Below, one piece after another: positions 9,183 through 19,451 of a DNA stretch of 64,000 bases (positions are counted from its first letter, which is position 1; each line of letters opens with the position of its first letter). The DNA is taken from assembly GCA_963740315.1 (NCBI GenBank), contig CAVUDP010000001.1, forward strand, positions 1,152,001 to 1,216,000. The letters run 5' to 3'. The DNA comes from an uncultured cyanobacterium (lineage in GTDB: Bacteria; Cyanobacteriota; Cyanobacteriia; Cyanobacteriales; Nostocaceae). The translations under genes were made by a program, and so were the position numbers. The notes under the pieces were generated by a model. The model saw only the letters and a program-made list of their open reading frames with translations, did not search any database and was not told the origin of the DNA.

Positions 9183-10001
9183 TCAAGGACGATACAACCA
9201 TAGGGGTAAACCACTGGTAGACAATTCAAATTCTAACCAATCAATTTTGGATGTCAGTCCATGTTGAACTTTGTTACCCGGTAATAACTTGCTGTACCAG
9301 GGTTTTGGTTCTTCTAAGGTATAAACCTCTGTTTTCTCAGGATCGAGATTTACTAATTCTGCTGCCCAACGACGGGCATCTTCCTCAGTTCCCAGTTTGT
9401 CTACAACCCCTAATTCTACAGCTTGTTCTCCGGTAAAAATTCTACCGTCAGCAAAGGTTCTTACTGTTTCGGGTGTTAAATTGCGTCCCTCTGCGACTGT
9501 TTGTACAAATTGCCGATAACTTGTATCAATTAATTCTTGTAAAATGGTTTCTTCACTATCAGTGAGTTCCCTATCGAAAGACAAAATATCCTTATAAGGA
9601 CCCGACTTTATTACCTTAAAAGAAACACCAATTTTATCTAATAAACGTTCCAAATTATTGCCGCGCAAAATCACGCCGATACTACCCGTAATTGTTCCGG
9701 GATTAGCCATAATGTGGGAAGCCCCCATACCGATATAAACTCCCCCGGAAGCAGAAATATTGCCAAAACTAGCAACAATCTCCATTTTTTCACGCAAACG
9801 CTTGAGGGCACTGTAGATTTCTTGAGAGTCTCCTACCGTACCACCAGGACTGTCAATTCGTAACAGTAACGCGGGAAATTTTTTCTCCTCTACAGTTTTG
9901 AGAGCTTCCAAAACTCGTTTGCGAGTAGCACCTGCGATCGCACCAGTAACTTCGATTTTGGCAATTTGTTTGCGAAATTTTGACTTAAAAGGCCAAACCA
10001 T
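9183..10001 (-). CDS. sppA: signal peptide peptidase SppA (short form, S49)
   Basis: RIDSPGG, ASGGVY, TGSIGV, KSGPYKD and ADGRIFTG motifs. Confidence 0.95.
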   Translation of the reverse strand: MVWPFKSKFRKQIAKIEVTGAIAGATRKRVLEALKTVEEKKFPALLLRIDSPGGTVGDSQEIYSALKRLREKMEIVASFGNISASGGVYIGMGASHIMANPGTITGSIGVILRGNNLERLLDKIGVSFKVIKSGPYKDILSFDRELTDSEETILQELIDTSYRQFVQTVAEGRNLTPETVRTFADGRIFTGEQAVELGVVDKLGTEEDARRWAAELVNLDPEKTEVYTLEEPKPWYSKLLPGNKVQHGLTSKIDWLEFELSTSGLPLWLYRP

Positions 10002-10345
10002 GAGCAGTAAACAGAACCTTGCGGTATTTTAGATTTGATTTAAATTAACTTTAATTTAAAAATGCGTAAAGCATCTGCTGTTAAAATAAGCAGACGCAGA
10101 CCCATCAAATAATTCTAATAAATTTTTTTGTCTTTAAATGTATTTTGATTTTCTTTAAAAAGTTTTTTTGGTTAAATATCAAATATTCTACAATTAAAGA
10201 ATATTGTAGTTTGACTTTAACAGGTATTTAATTTTTGAATCAAACTAATTTATACGCGATCGCCAACAAATTTTAAAAGTAAGATTTTTTGCGATCGAGA
10301 ATGCTCAAATACCAAATTTTTCTAGCGAAACACAAGCCGTATTAC

Positions 10346-10672
10346 TTAAGAGTTCAAACGTAAAATTTGACACCGATAATAGACGTAAGTATCGAAAAGT
10401 GCCCCAACGAAGCTACAGGTTAAACAAATTACAAACAAACCTTGCATCGGCATACCGCTACCGAAAGCGGCTAGAAAGTTTGATATTTGAGTCGCGATTA
10501 GTTCAGTTACAGCTTGTAAACCGGGAAGCAAGCTTATAAGCGACAAAAGCAGCAATGCTCCGCCAACAAATATGATTGGAGCAACAAAACTAAAAATAAT
10601 CGATAGAACTAGAGAGCGAAGAAAATTTGTAAACATGGTCATAGAAAAAATTATTCCATTCCAGATGGTCAA
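10346..10672 (-). CDS. small membrane protein, cyanobacterial hypothetical
   Basis: Two hydrophobic segments; CSFVGALFDTY motif; start uncertain. Confidence 0.7.
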   Translation of the reverse strand: MTIWNGIIFSMTMFTNFLRSLVLSIIFSFVAPIIFVGGALLLLSLISLLPGLQAVTELIATQISNFLAAFGSGMPMQGLFVICLTCSFVGALFDTYVYYRCQILRLNS

Positions 10673-11044
10673 CAGCAGTCGGTACCCGTCAATTTCTACA
10701 ATAAGCGCAATGGCACTATATCAAACCGGATTTAAAGAATCTTAAGTTTTAATTAAAATATTTTAATAGATTCTCCCATATATTTTTTTCCAATTTAAAT
10801 AACATTAATTTCACAGAACCCGGAATATATCAATGCTTACATTAGTAATACATTTGTAATCATCTCTATACGTGCAGTTAGTAACAGCTTTGATTTCTGA
10901 GAATGGTTTTTTACTTAAGTTAATATAAAGTGCCGTTTTAAGAAATGTGGGGATGGGGGTTATGAGTTATGACACCTTTAATCTTTGACCTTTTATCGAT
11001 ATCTTCCGCTATGATGACGGCAATTGCTGAGTTAATGGAAAATT

Positions 11045-11842
11045 GTGAGTCAAGCAACATCTAAATCCAGTTTAGGAGCATGGAGCCTGCGATTGCTGGC
11101 GGCAATGTTCTTGATTGGACAAGTAATAATTCATTTATTTAAAGGTAAAATTCATCGCCGCAATACTTTAGAACAAATGGCTGCTGTGGGACCTGACTCA
11201 CTATTTATCGCCTTGGTTACAGCGGTATTTGTTGGTGCAGTGTTTACAATTCAGGTTGCACGGGAGTTTATTAACTTTGGTGCGGGAAACGCTGTCGGAG
11301 GAGTATTGGCGGTAGCGTTGACGCGAGAACTTTCTCCCGTGCTGACGGCAGTAGTTTTAGCTGGACGAGTTGGTTCGGCATTTGCTGCGGAAATTGGTAC
11401 CATGCGGGTAACAGAGCAAATTGACGCTCTACTGATGTTAAAAACTGACCCCATAGATTATTTAGTTATTCCTCGCGTGCTTGCTTGCTGCATCATGTTA
11501 CCGATTTTGACTTTACTATCTTTGGTAACGGGTATGGCGGGAGGATTGTTCATTGCAACTAATTTATATAACCTTTCTGATACTCAGTTTTTAGACTCAG
11601 CCCGCAATTTCCTGGGAGTTTGGGATATTTTGAGTACGATGATCAAAGCTTTGTGTTTTGGACTTTTAGTAGCTGTAATTGGTTGTAATTGGGGATTAAC
11701 GACAAAAGGAGGAGCAAAAGGTGTAGGTCAATCAACTACAACTGCTGTTGTTACGGCTCTATTAATTATATTTGTGAGCAATTTCTTCCTATCTTGGTTA
11801 ATGTTTCAAGGAACCGGCGGTGCTTTGTTACAAGGTTTATAG
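11045..11842 (+). CDS. mlaE: MlaE/TGD1 family lipid ABC transporter permease (Ycf63-like)
   Basis: RELSPVLTA, GRVGSAFAAEIGTMRVTEQIDAL and GAKGVG motifs. Confidence 0.93.
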   Translation: MSQATSKSSLGAWSLRLLAAMFLIGQVIIHLFKGKIHRRNTLEQMAAVGPDSLFIALVTAVFVGAVFTIQVAREFINFGAGNAVGGVLAVALTRELSPVLTAVVLAGRVGSAFAAEIGTMRVTEQIDALLMLKTDPIDYLVIPRVLACCIMLPILTLLSLVTGMAGGLFIATNLYNLSDTQFLDSARNFLGVWDILSTMIKALCFGLLVAVIGCNWGLTTKGGAKGVGQSTTTAVVTALLIIFVSNFFLSWLMFQGTGGALLQGL

Positions 11843-12077
11843 GGAATTTAGAGATGGGGTGATGGGGTGATGGGGTGATGGGGTGATGGGGGGATGGGGG
11901 GATGGGGTGATGGGGTGATGGGGGGACAAGGAGACAAGGGGATAAAAATAATTTTAACCTTTGATATGCAGACCTTTGACCTTAATTCCTTCTAATCTAA
12001 AATCTAAAATCTAAAAACATGCAGACCTTTGACTTCTAAAATAGGGATAATCTTTTTTCACAAAACAAATTCAGATA

Positions 12078-12470
12078 GTGACTACTTCATCTACGTCTAA
12101 TTCGATATCAACGGTAGAACTCAAGCCTAGCTACAACATTCCTGTAGTCTTGATTATTGGGTCAATTCCTCTGCTGCTGATACAACAACTTGTAGCCGGA
12201 GGAATAATTGCACTGCTTGGTTTATTTCTGATGTACCAAGCGGTAACGTTACGTTTGCAATTTACCGCAACCGATTTAGATATTATTAAAGGCGACAAGT
12301 TACTCCGTCGTTTTGCTTACAGTGAGTGGCAAAATTGGCGTATTTTTTGGAATATAATACCTATACTTTTTTATTTTAAAGAGGTTAAAAGCATTCATTT
12401 TCTACCGATTTTGTTTAACCCTAATACCCTCAAAGCTTGTTTGGAAGAGCGGTGTCCAAGAATTGATTGA
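12078..12470 (+). CDS. DUF3119 family protein
   Basis: ILFYFKEVKSIHFLPILF motif; position between mlaE and DUF3086. Confidence 0.85.
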   Translation: MTTSSTSNSISTVELKPSYNIPVVLIIGSIPLLLIQQLVAGGIIALLGLFLMYQAVTLRLQFTATDLDIIKGDKLLRRFAYSEWQNWRIFWNIIPILFYFKEVKSIHFLPILFNPNTLKACLEERCPRID

Positions 12471-12690
12471 GGTTAAAGGTCTGCATGTTAAAGGTTAAAA
12501 GTTAAAGGTTAAAATTCCCCTTGTCCCCCCATCTCCCCATCCCCTTGTCTCCCCATCCCCTTGTCCCCCCATCTCCCCATCCCCTTGTCTCCCCCGAACC
12601 CGATCCCCTTGTCTCCCCCTCTCCCCATCTGCTACTCCCCGATACATAGTAATTAGTAGTAGTTGATTGCATTAATTCTGAAGGGTAAAA

Positions 12691-12765
12691 AGGTTCGTAG
12701 TAAGTGCTGTCTTCGCCTCATATTACGGAATCCGGAGGGGGAACTGAAGCCCTTACTACAAACCT
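12691..12765. repeat. palindromic small dispersed repeat (AGGTTCGTAGTAAG...CTTACTACAAACCT)
   Basis: Inverted arms; further copies at 23659-23730 and 23789-23851, half-copies at 43298-43432. Confidence 0.85.
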
Positions 12766-12915
12766 ATCAAAACTAATGAAACGCACTACTAGTTAAGCTT
12801 GCTGGTAAAATGTAAAGTTAGCACTTTATACTTGCTTGATACTCAATATTTATATTGAAATTTGTAAAGATGGCGTTTGTCTAATCGCCTTATTTTTTCA
12901 GGACTTGGATTGATC

Positions 12916-14130
12916 ATGAACCAAGACGAAGATTATAACGAACAACAGCAAACAGAAAATTCTCTCACGGAATCTGGGGAGGAAAATCAAACATTAAGTC
13001 CTATAGTCGAAACATTACCTTCAGTCACCCCAATTATGGCGAATTTCAGTGAAAATACTACCCCAGAAGGTTCGCAAACAAACTCGGAATCAGTTGAGAA
13101 TTCTGCGGAATATAAGCTTGCAGCTCAAAGAGTGGCGCAGCTACAACGTACCGAAGAATCATTGAAACAGGAAATAGCCGATTTACAAGCTTCTTACAAA
13201 ACTCTTCAGGCTGAAGTCGGTAATACTCAAAAAGCACTCTCTAAAATGACTCAAGAGGCGCTTTCTGAATTAGAGCAACGCAAACAAACTCTATTAATTT
13301 CTGTTGAACAACTCGAACGCCGTCAAGAACGCATTCGTAATGAAATGCGAACTACTTTTGCGGGTGCTTCTCAAGAGTTAGCAATTCGAGTCCAAGGTTT
13401 TAAGGATTATCTAACTGGCAGCTTAGTAGATTTAGCAGCAGCAGCCGAACAATTAGAACTAGTTCCACCCCCTCCGCCCGAACCACAAAAGCCTGCCGTT
13501 CGAGAAGCTGAGCCTCTGGATGAATACGATGATGAATACGATGATGAATACGTTGAACGGGGAACGCCGCAATTTAGCCAAGGACAGTTTCAAGACACCA
13601 CAAAAAAAATTCGTCAGTTAGTAGATCAGTATCGCACTAGACCAGATTACTACGGACCGCCGTGGCAATTACGCCGTACCTTTGAACCAGTTCACGCCGA
13701 ACGAGTTTCTACTTGGTTTTTCAAGCAGGGAGGACGCGGTGCTTTAAGAACAATGGGCAGTAGGTTGCAAAATACACTGACTGCCTCAGCAATTGTATCG
13801 ATATTACATTCCTTATATGGCGATCGCGTTCGGACTTTGGTTTTAGCAAATTCGCCGGAACGCTTGGGAGAATGGCGACGCGGCTTACAAGATTGTTTGG
13901 GTATAGGTCGTCCGGATTTTGGTCCTGATAGAGGCTTGGCATTATTTGAAACACCGTCAGCCGTCGCACAAAAAGCAGAGCGTTTGGTAAAAGCTGGTTT
14001 ACAACCGTTTATTATTATCGATGATTCGGAAGAACAAATTAATGTGGGACTATTGCAATTTCCATTATGGTTAGCTTTTGCTCCCGATCCCAAAATGATG
14101 AGAGACTATTATGAAGATGAATTTTTATAA
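12916..14130 (+). CDS. DUF3086 domain protein
   Basis: Coiled coil, FAGASQELAIRVQGFKDYL, PDYYGPPWQLRRTFE and LLQFPLWLAFA; upstream of plsY. Confidence 0.85.
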   Translation: MNQDEDYNEQQQTENSLTESGEENQTLSPIVETLPSVTPIMANFSENTTPEGSQTNSESVENSAEYKLAAQRVAQLQRTEESLKQEIADLQASYKTLQAEVGNTQKALSKMTQEALSELEQRKQTLLISVEQLERRQERIRNEMRTTFAGASQELAIRVQGFKDYLTGSLVDLAAAAEQLELVPPPPPEPQKPAVREAEPLDEYDDEYDDEYVERGTPQFSQGQFQDTTKKIRQLVDQYRTRPDYYGPPWQLRRTFEPVHAERVSTWFFKQGGRGALRTMGSRLQNTLTASAIVSILHSLYGDRVRTLVLANSPERLGEWRRGLQDCLGIGRPDFGPDRGLALFETPSAVAQKAERLVKAGLQPFIIIDDSEEQINVGLLQFPLWLAFAPDPKMMRDYYEDEFL

Positions 14131-14297
14131 ACAAGTTAGTGGATAGTGGATAGTTGTTAGTTGTTAATCTTGAAGTAATTTTTTAATAGTAAAAACGCGC
14201 AATTCGGGCGTACCACAAGAAATCTCACCAGAATGTTATTCAATTGAGAAGTAGGATATTTAATAGCGATCGCAACTAACAACTAACAACTAAGACT

Positions 14298-14990
14298 ATG
14301 GCTATTTGGTTAAGTTTGTGTGGAGCAATTTTAGTCGCAGCTTACCTTTTGGGTTCTACTCCCACTGGTTACACTTTGGTAAAGCTGTTAAAAGGCGTTG
14401 ATATTCGGGAACTTGGTTCGGGTTCGACTGGTGCAACTAATGTCTTAAGAGCTTTGGGTAAAGGTCCTGGTGCTTTCGTTTTGCTGGTTGACTGCTTGAA
14501 GGGAGTCTTGTCAATATTTCTTGTTTACTGGTTGTTTGAGTTTGCATCCAACAATAATTTAATTCCGGCAACAGTTAAACCGGAGTGGCAGCCAATTATG
14601 GTAACTTTAGCTGGTTTAGCTGCGGTACTCGGACATAGTAAATCAATATTTTTAGGATTTCGTGGCGGTAAATCTGTTGCTACGAGTTTAGGTATTTTGT
14701 TAGCCATGAATTGGCAAGTTGGTTTGGCAACATTCGGCGTATTTACTGTAGTTGTAGCTATATCGCGGATTGTATCTTTGAGTTCTATTTGTGGCGCGAT
14801 CGCAGTTTCTGTTTTTATGGTTTTACTGCATCAACCGTTGCCATATATTTTGTTTGGCGTAGCTGGTGGTTTGTATGTAGTTATTCGTCACCGTAGTAAT
14901 ATTGAGCGGTTACTTGCTGGTACAGAACCCAAGTTAGGACAAAAATCAACGGTAGAAGCAGAACAAACTGTTGGTACGTCGGCTGGTTGA
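14298..14990 (+). CDS. plsY: acyl-phosphate glycerol-3-phosphate acyltransferase
   Basis: GSGSTGATNVLR, FRGGKSVAT and RHRSNIERL motifs. Confidence 0.95.
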   Translation: MAIWLSLCGAILVAAYLLGSTPTGYTLVKLLKGVDIRELGSGSTGATNVLRALGKGPGAFVLLVDCLKGVLSIFLVYWLFEFASNNNLIPATVKPEWQPIMVTLAGLAAVLGHSKSIFLGFRGGKSVATSLGILLAMNWQVGLATFGVFTVVVAISRIVSLSSICGAIAVSVFMVLLHQPLPYILFGVAGGLYVVIRHRSNIERLLAGTEPKLGQKSTVEAEQTVGTSAG

Positions 14991-15100
14991 ATTATCAGAT
15001 TTTAATCAAAAATTAATTCCAATGTGAACCAAAACTATGGAGACGTAGCAGTGCTACGTCTCTACATTTATGTAGTTAACTGCATTACTTAACGACCGAT

Positions 15101-15140
15101 GTAAAGCAAGCTTGACTTTTAGTAAATATAGCTTTACTAT
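15101..15140 (+). promoter_or_regulatory. sigma70-type promoter overlapped by two imperfect palindromic operators
   Basis: TTGACT (15112-15117), 17 nt spacer, TACTAT (15135-15140); GTAAAGCAAGCTTGAC (15101-15116) and GTAAATATAGCTTTAC (15122-15137). Confidence 0.6.
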
Positions 15141-15190
15141 AAGAGCATGGTGGTAAAAATAGGTTATGCAAGTATATTAATTTGCAACTA

Positions 15191-16408
15191 ATGGAAAACC
15201 GCCTACGAATTTTTAGAACACAGCACAATTTCTCGCAAGCAGCATTAGCAGAACGTTTGGGAGTCAGTCGCCAAACGATTAACGCTTTAGAAAAGGGTAA
15301 ATATGACCCCAGTCTGCCGCTGGCGATGAAGATTGCTCAGCTTTTTGATTGTGCAATTGAAACAATATTTTTATTTGAACCAGACTCGCAATCCGGTTCA
15401 AAAGGAGATTCTATGCTTGATAAATTGACAGCTAAAGCAGTACAGGTAATAGCACACGCTCAAGGAAACTTTACATTTGATAAATGGACTCCTCAAGCAG
15501 TGCAAGTAATTCAGCTAGCTCAACAAGAAGCTCGTAGTTTAGGGCATAATTTTGTTGGTACAGAGCAGGTTTTGCTGGGATTGATTGGAAAGGAAAGCGG
15601 TATTGCGGCTAAAGTTCTCAAATCTGAAGGTGTAACCCTTGAAAAGGCTCGTGTCGAAGTAGAGAAAATTATTGGTAGGGGTTCTAGCTTTTTGGAAATA
15701 CAAATACCGTTTACACCAAGAATGAAGCGAGTTTTTGAATTATCTTTGGAGCAAGCGGCTAAAGTTGGACATAGCGATGTTGATACGGAACATATTTTAC
15801 TAGGCTTATTGCTCGAAGGAGGAGGAGTAGGAGTTCGGGTTTTAAAGATTTTAGGAATTGACATTAATAATCTTCGTCAAACAGTTTTAGAAAAAATTGC
15901 TTTGACGAAAGTTGAAATACCGCGAATCACAACTACTAGGAATCAAGAATTATCAAACCCAATTGATTTTACTTCTGGTGCAATTAGCGCTCGTTTTTCC
16001 AGTCTTTTATCTACTTTCGTGGAGTTGCATCAATTGGGATATATAGTTACCAATACAGGATTTAAGCTATCTAATGGAGATGTAATTGTGCCGCATATCT
16101 CTTTTTATTCCAAAGAAAAACTCAAGCAAGTGCCTAGAATATATCCTGAATTATCACCTAATTTGGTAGTAGAAATAAAATCGGCATTTGACCAACTTAG
16201 CACTGTTGAAAGTAAAATAGATAAATTTATAGAAATGGGTATAGGTTCGGCTGTTTTAATTAATCCCGATCGGCGTAGTGTAAGTGTTTACATAAATGAA
16301 GGGGATAAGAAACACTTAGTTAATCTTTTACAGGATGGAGATAAGCTAATTTTACCCGAGTTGTTTCCTGAGTGGGAATTAGAAATATCACTACTGTGGG
16401 TTTCTTGA
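15191..16408 (+). CDS. XRE helix-turn-helix / Clp N-terminal repeat / Uma2 (DUF820)-like fusion protein
   Basis: [28 protein letters not shown] (XRE); [22 protein letters not shown] and [14 protein letters not shown] (Clp-N); [18 protein letters not shown] and PELFPEWEL (Uma2). Confidence 0.85.
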   Translation: MENRLRIFRTQHNFSQAALAERLGVSRQTINALEKGKYDPSLPLAMKIAQLFDCAIETIFLFEPDSQSGSKGDSMLDKLTAKAVQVIAHAQGNFTFDKWTPQAVQVIQLAQQEARSLGHNFVGTEQVLLGLIGKESGIAAKVLKSEGVTLEKARVEVEKIIGRGSSFLEIQIPFTPRMKRVFELSLEQAAKVGHSDVDTEHILLGLLLEGGGVGVRVLKILGIDINNLRQTVLEKIALTKVEIPRITTTRNQELSNPIDFTSGAISARFSSLLSTFVELHQLGYIVTNTGFKLSNGDVIVPHISFYSKEKLKQVPRIYPELSPNLVVEIKSAFDQLSTVESKIDKFIEMGIGSAVLINPDRRSVSVYINEGDKKHLVNLLQDGDKLILPELFPEWELEISLLWVS

Positions 16409-16535
16409 GTAAATTTTATATTTTGGATTTTAGATTTAATAAATCAACTAAGCAAATCTGAAAAAATAGGGAGAAGCAAGATATTTTTTGAATACCTTTC
16501 TCTCTCCCTACAAAATAATTTTCTTTAAAAAACTG

Positions 16536-17387
16536 TTATTTCCTAATATATAGAAAACTTTGTCCCGAACGATCTACTTCTTCAAAACCCTGAGTTCGTA
16601 AATTCCGACGCAGTGCATTGGCGTTGGAAAGTCCTAACATATCAGGATGCACTTCAACTAAAAGCTTACGAACGGTAGATAAATTTGCAAAACTTAACAG
16701 TTCGCCTTCACTACCTTGAACATCCATAATTAAAACTGTGGGTTGGATACGCGCAATCTCATCATTAAGAGGCTTGACGGGAACTTCATAAGGAATTGTT
16801 TTATCATCAGCAGGCTTGAAAGCTGAGGAACGTGAAAAGTGTTCGGAAACATGAAACGTGCGCGAACCTGCTGTTTCCTCAAGCATACACATATTAATTT
16901 CGGGTTTAACGTCATTAAGTGCGTAGTTTTCCCGAATCAAAGACTCAAGTATAGGATTCGCTTCGTAAGAATAAACTCGATCGCCGCCAACTTTCAAAGC
17001 GCAGGCGATCGCCAACATTCCAATTCCGCCACCAAGCTCCATGACAATATCATCAGGTTCGAGCCGATGGATTAACAAACGGCGTTCTTCGCGGGTATGT
17101 CTTCCATCAATCAGTTTCTTTACTTGAAATGGAGTCATTCTCGGATCTATCCGCATCCGAATACCGTTTACAGTTACCACAGTGCCATATGCTTCAGAGG
17201 ATACCGTTTCTTCTGCTGATGGTCGCTGTTGACGATAAGTACTCTGTATCTGGTTGTAAATTCCAGGTGTCGCTTTTTCCCAAGAAGTCAGAAAATTCCA
17301 CCAAACGCGCTTGGCTTGCAACTTCATGTGTCGCGCCGTCAAAGCGTTATCCCACCAGTAGGAACGTAATGTATTATAAATGCTCAT
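16536..17387 (-). CDS. FkbM family methyltransferase
   Basis: MELGGGIG, YEANP, MDVQGSE and VEVHP motifs. Confidence 0.8.
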   Translation of the reverse strand: MSIYNTLRSYWWDNALTARHMKLQAKRVWWNFLTSWEKATPGIYNQIQSTYRQQRPSAEETVSSEAYGTVVTVNGIRMRIDPRMTPFQVKKLIDGRHTREERRLLIHRLEPDDIVMELGGGIGMLAIACALKVGGDRVYSYEANPILESLIRENYALNDVKPEINMCMLEETAGSRTFHVSEHFSRSSAFKPADDKTIPYEVPVKPLNDEIARIQPTVLIMDVQGSEGELLSFANLSTVRKLLVEVHPDMLGLSNANALRRNLRTQGFEEVDRSGQSFLYIRK

Positions 17388-17433
17388 AGTTGTAAATATG
17401 TCAAATTTACTTCGTTGACTGCTTTAATCTTCG

Positions 17434-18144
17434 TTACTTAATTGCCAAGAAGCCTTCAAAACAAAGGTGTTTAAACACAGTCATAATATCAACAAAGCCT
17501 GCACGATTCATCAAGTCAATGTTTCCCTGAGTAGAAAAGGGTTCCAATACTCCTTTTAAACTGCGGCTTTTGTTAATAATTTCTTGCTCTGTGAATCCCT
17601 GCTGCAATTTAAAATCAACATAGAGCGATGACATCATATCCTGAAAGCGAGCGTCGGGAGCTCTAACTTTTTCAAACAGCAGGAAACCACCTCCCCAACT
17701 TAAACTGTTGTAGATTTTATCGAATAATAGCTGCCGAACTGCGGGTCTAATAAATTGGATAGTATAGTAGGCAATAATTAAATCGGCTGAACTAAAATCC
17801 GTTTCCAGAATGTCCGCTTCAAGAATTTCAACTTTAGGAAAATTCGAGGTTTTCTGTTTTGCAGCTTCAACCATCGGCGATTCTATTTCTATACCGACAA
17901 TACGAACATCGCGATCGCAATTAGCTTCAGCTAACTTGCGCGTCAGTTCCCCCGTCGAACAACCCAACTCGTAAACTGTCGAACTTTCTCGAAGAAAAAA
18001 GTCCGACAGCGCCACTACTATTTCGTGACCTTCTTTATACTGCGGTACGGAACGACCTACGTGTTGGTCAAAGGTTTGTGGCACGCTACCACCAAAAGAC
18101 CATCGTGCATTTGTTACCGATATGGTATCACCGACATCAGCCAT
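17434..18144 (-). CDS. CmoA-like class I SAM-dependent methyltransferase
   Basis: FDQHVGRSVPQY, YELGCSTG, YTIQFI and LFEKV motifs. Confidence 0.8.
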   Translation of the reverse strand: MADVGDTISVTNARWSFGGSVPQTFDQHVGRSVPQYKEGHEIVVALSDFFLRESSTVYELGCSTGELTRKLAEANCDRDVRIVGIEIESPMVEAAKQKTSNFPKVEILEADILETDFSSADLIIAYYTIQFIRPAVRQLLFDKIYNSLSWGGGFLLFEKVRAPDARFQDMMSSLYVDFKLQQGFTEQEIINKSRSLKGVLEPFSTQGNIDLMNRAGFVDIMTVFKHLCFEGFLAIK

Positions 18145-18413
18145 TATTTAAAACATAAATATACTTATAATAGTAGTAAATATTACTGATTTATTTTTGT
18201 CATCTTACTATAGGAAGATTCCAATTAAAAAAGTGCCTAATTAGATAAAAGTAAAATCTAACCTTAACAAATAAATTCAAAATAAGTGATTTACCAGTTT
18301 TCAAATAATAAGAGATAAATTTTCTACTACATCAAAATTGTTGCATAATCTTTTCGGTTTGCTATAACGGATTAGATATTACACTAATCGCTTGGATAAA
18401 GTAAAAAATAACA

Positions 18414-19286
18414 ATGAAATATTCGGTTGCGCTCATTGCTGTATTAACTGCTTTATTTTTAAATCAGGGTTGCTCGTCTACTACTAAAACTGAAGACACA
18501 TCTGAGAATCAACGTCAGGTGCAATCCTTACCAGATTCCCAAAATAAGCAACCAGAATCAAAGCAAACTTCGACTCAGCCAGAAAAAAATTCTACAACGA
18601 CTCAAGGTAAATTAACCGTTCCTAAAAACATTACACCAGACAAACCCGTTCCCGTAAAGGTTCAGATTCCAGCAGCTGTAGCAAAAGCTAATAATGATGG
18701 CAAACCCCATGCCTATCATATGGTTGTGGTGAGTAATGACTTGAGATTTTTTGATTTAGTTGAAGCAAGCTACAAAAACAGTCAAAATATCGAAGTCAAG
18801 CCTAAATTCCCGGCTCCCGGAGAATATACCGTTTTCAGCGACTACGATCCAAATGGAGAAAAAGAGCAAGTATCTGTAGAAAAAGTTTCTATTCCAGGTG
18901 AAGTTCCATTTCCTACAGAATTAGAGAGTTATAGCAAGACAAAGACATTCTCCAACACAAAAATAGATTTAAACTTATCTGAGCCTAATATTAAAGCCGG
19001 TAAAAAAGTTACTTTAAAGTTTGATTTGAAGCAAGCTAGCAACAACAAACCAATTAAAGACTTAAAACCGTATTTAGGTCAAAAAGCAAATTTGGTAGTA
19101 ATCAAAAGTTCCTCTTCCCTCGCAGAATCCGATTATATTGATACTGAAACTATCCAAAAATCACCAAATAACCAGGTTCATTTTACAACTCAATTTCCTG
19201 AACCGGGAACCTACAAACTTTGGCTACAATTTAACCGCAATGGAAAAGTCAAAACCGCCGATTTCTGGGTTACAGTTAACAGTTAA
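18414..19286 (+). CDS. putative lipoprotein with two beta-sandwich-like repeats
   Basis: Signal peptide ending LNQGC; repeated FP.PG.Y motif (FPAPGEY; FPEPGTYKLWLQF). Confidence 0.7.
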   Translation: MKYSVALIAVLTALFLNQGCSSTTKTEDTSENQRQVQSLPDSQNKQPESKQTSTQPEKNSTTTQGKLTVPKNITPDKPVPVKVQIPAAVAKANNDGKPHAYHMVVVSNDLRFFDLVEASYKNSQNIEVKPKFPAPGEYTVFSDYDPNGEKEQVSVEKVSIPGEVPFPTELESYSKTKTFSNTKIDLNLSEPNIKAGKKVTLKFDLKQASNNKPIKDLKPYLGQKANLVVIKSSSSLAESDYIDTETIQKSPNNQVHFTTQFPEPGTYKLWLQFNRNGKVKTADFWVTVNS

Positions 19287-19451
19287 CAGTTAACAGTGAG
19301 CAGTGAACAGTTGCCAGTAATCAGTTATAATTTTGTATTTTTAACTCATAACTCATAACTCATAACTCCTAACTTAATAAGGTTACTGAGCTTGTCGAAG
19401 TACTCATAACTTTTCCCCCCATCTCCCCATCTCCCCATCTCCCCATCTCCC

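Noticed and set aside
13519..13552. 12-nt triple repeat (DEYD) in DUF3086
   Set aside because: In-frame slippage in a low-complexity linker; unremarkable
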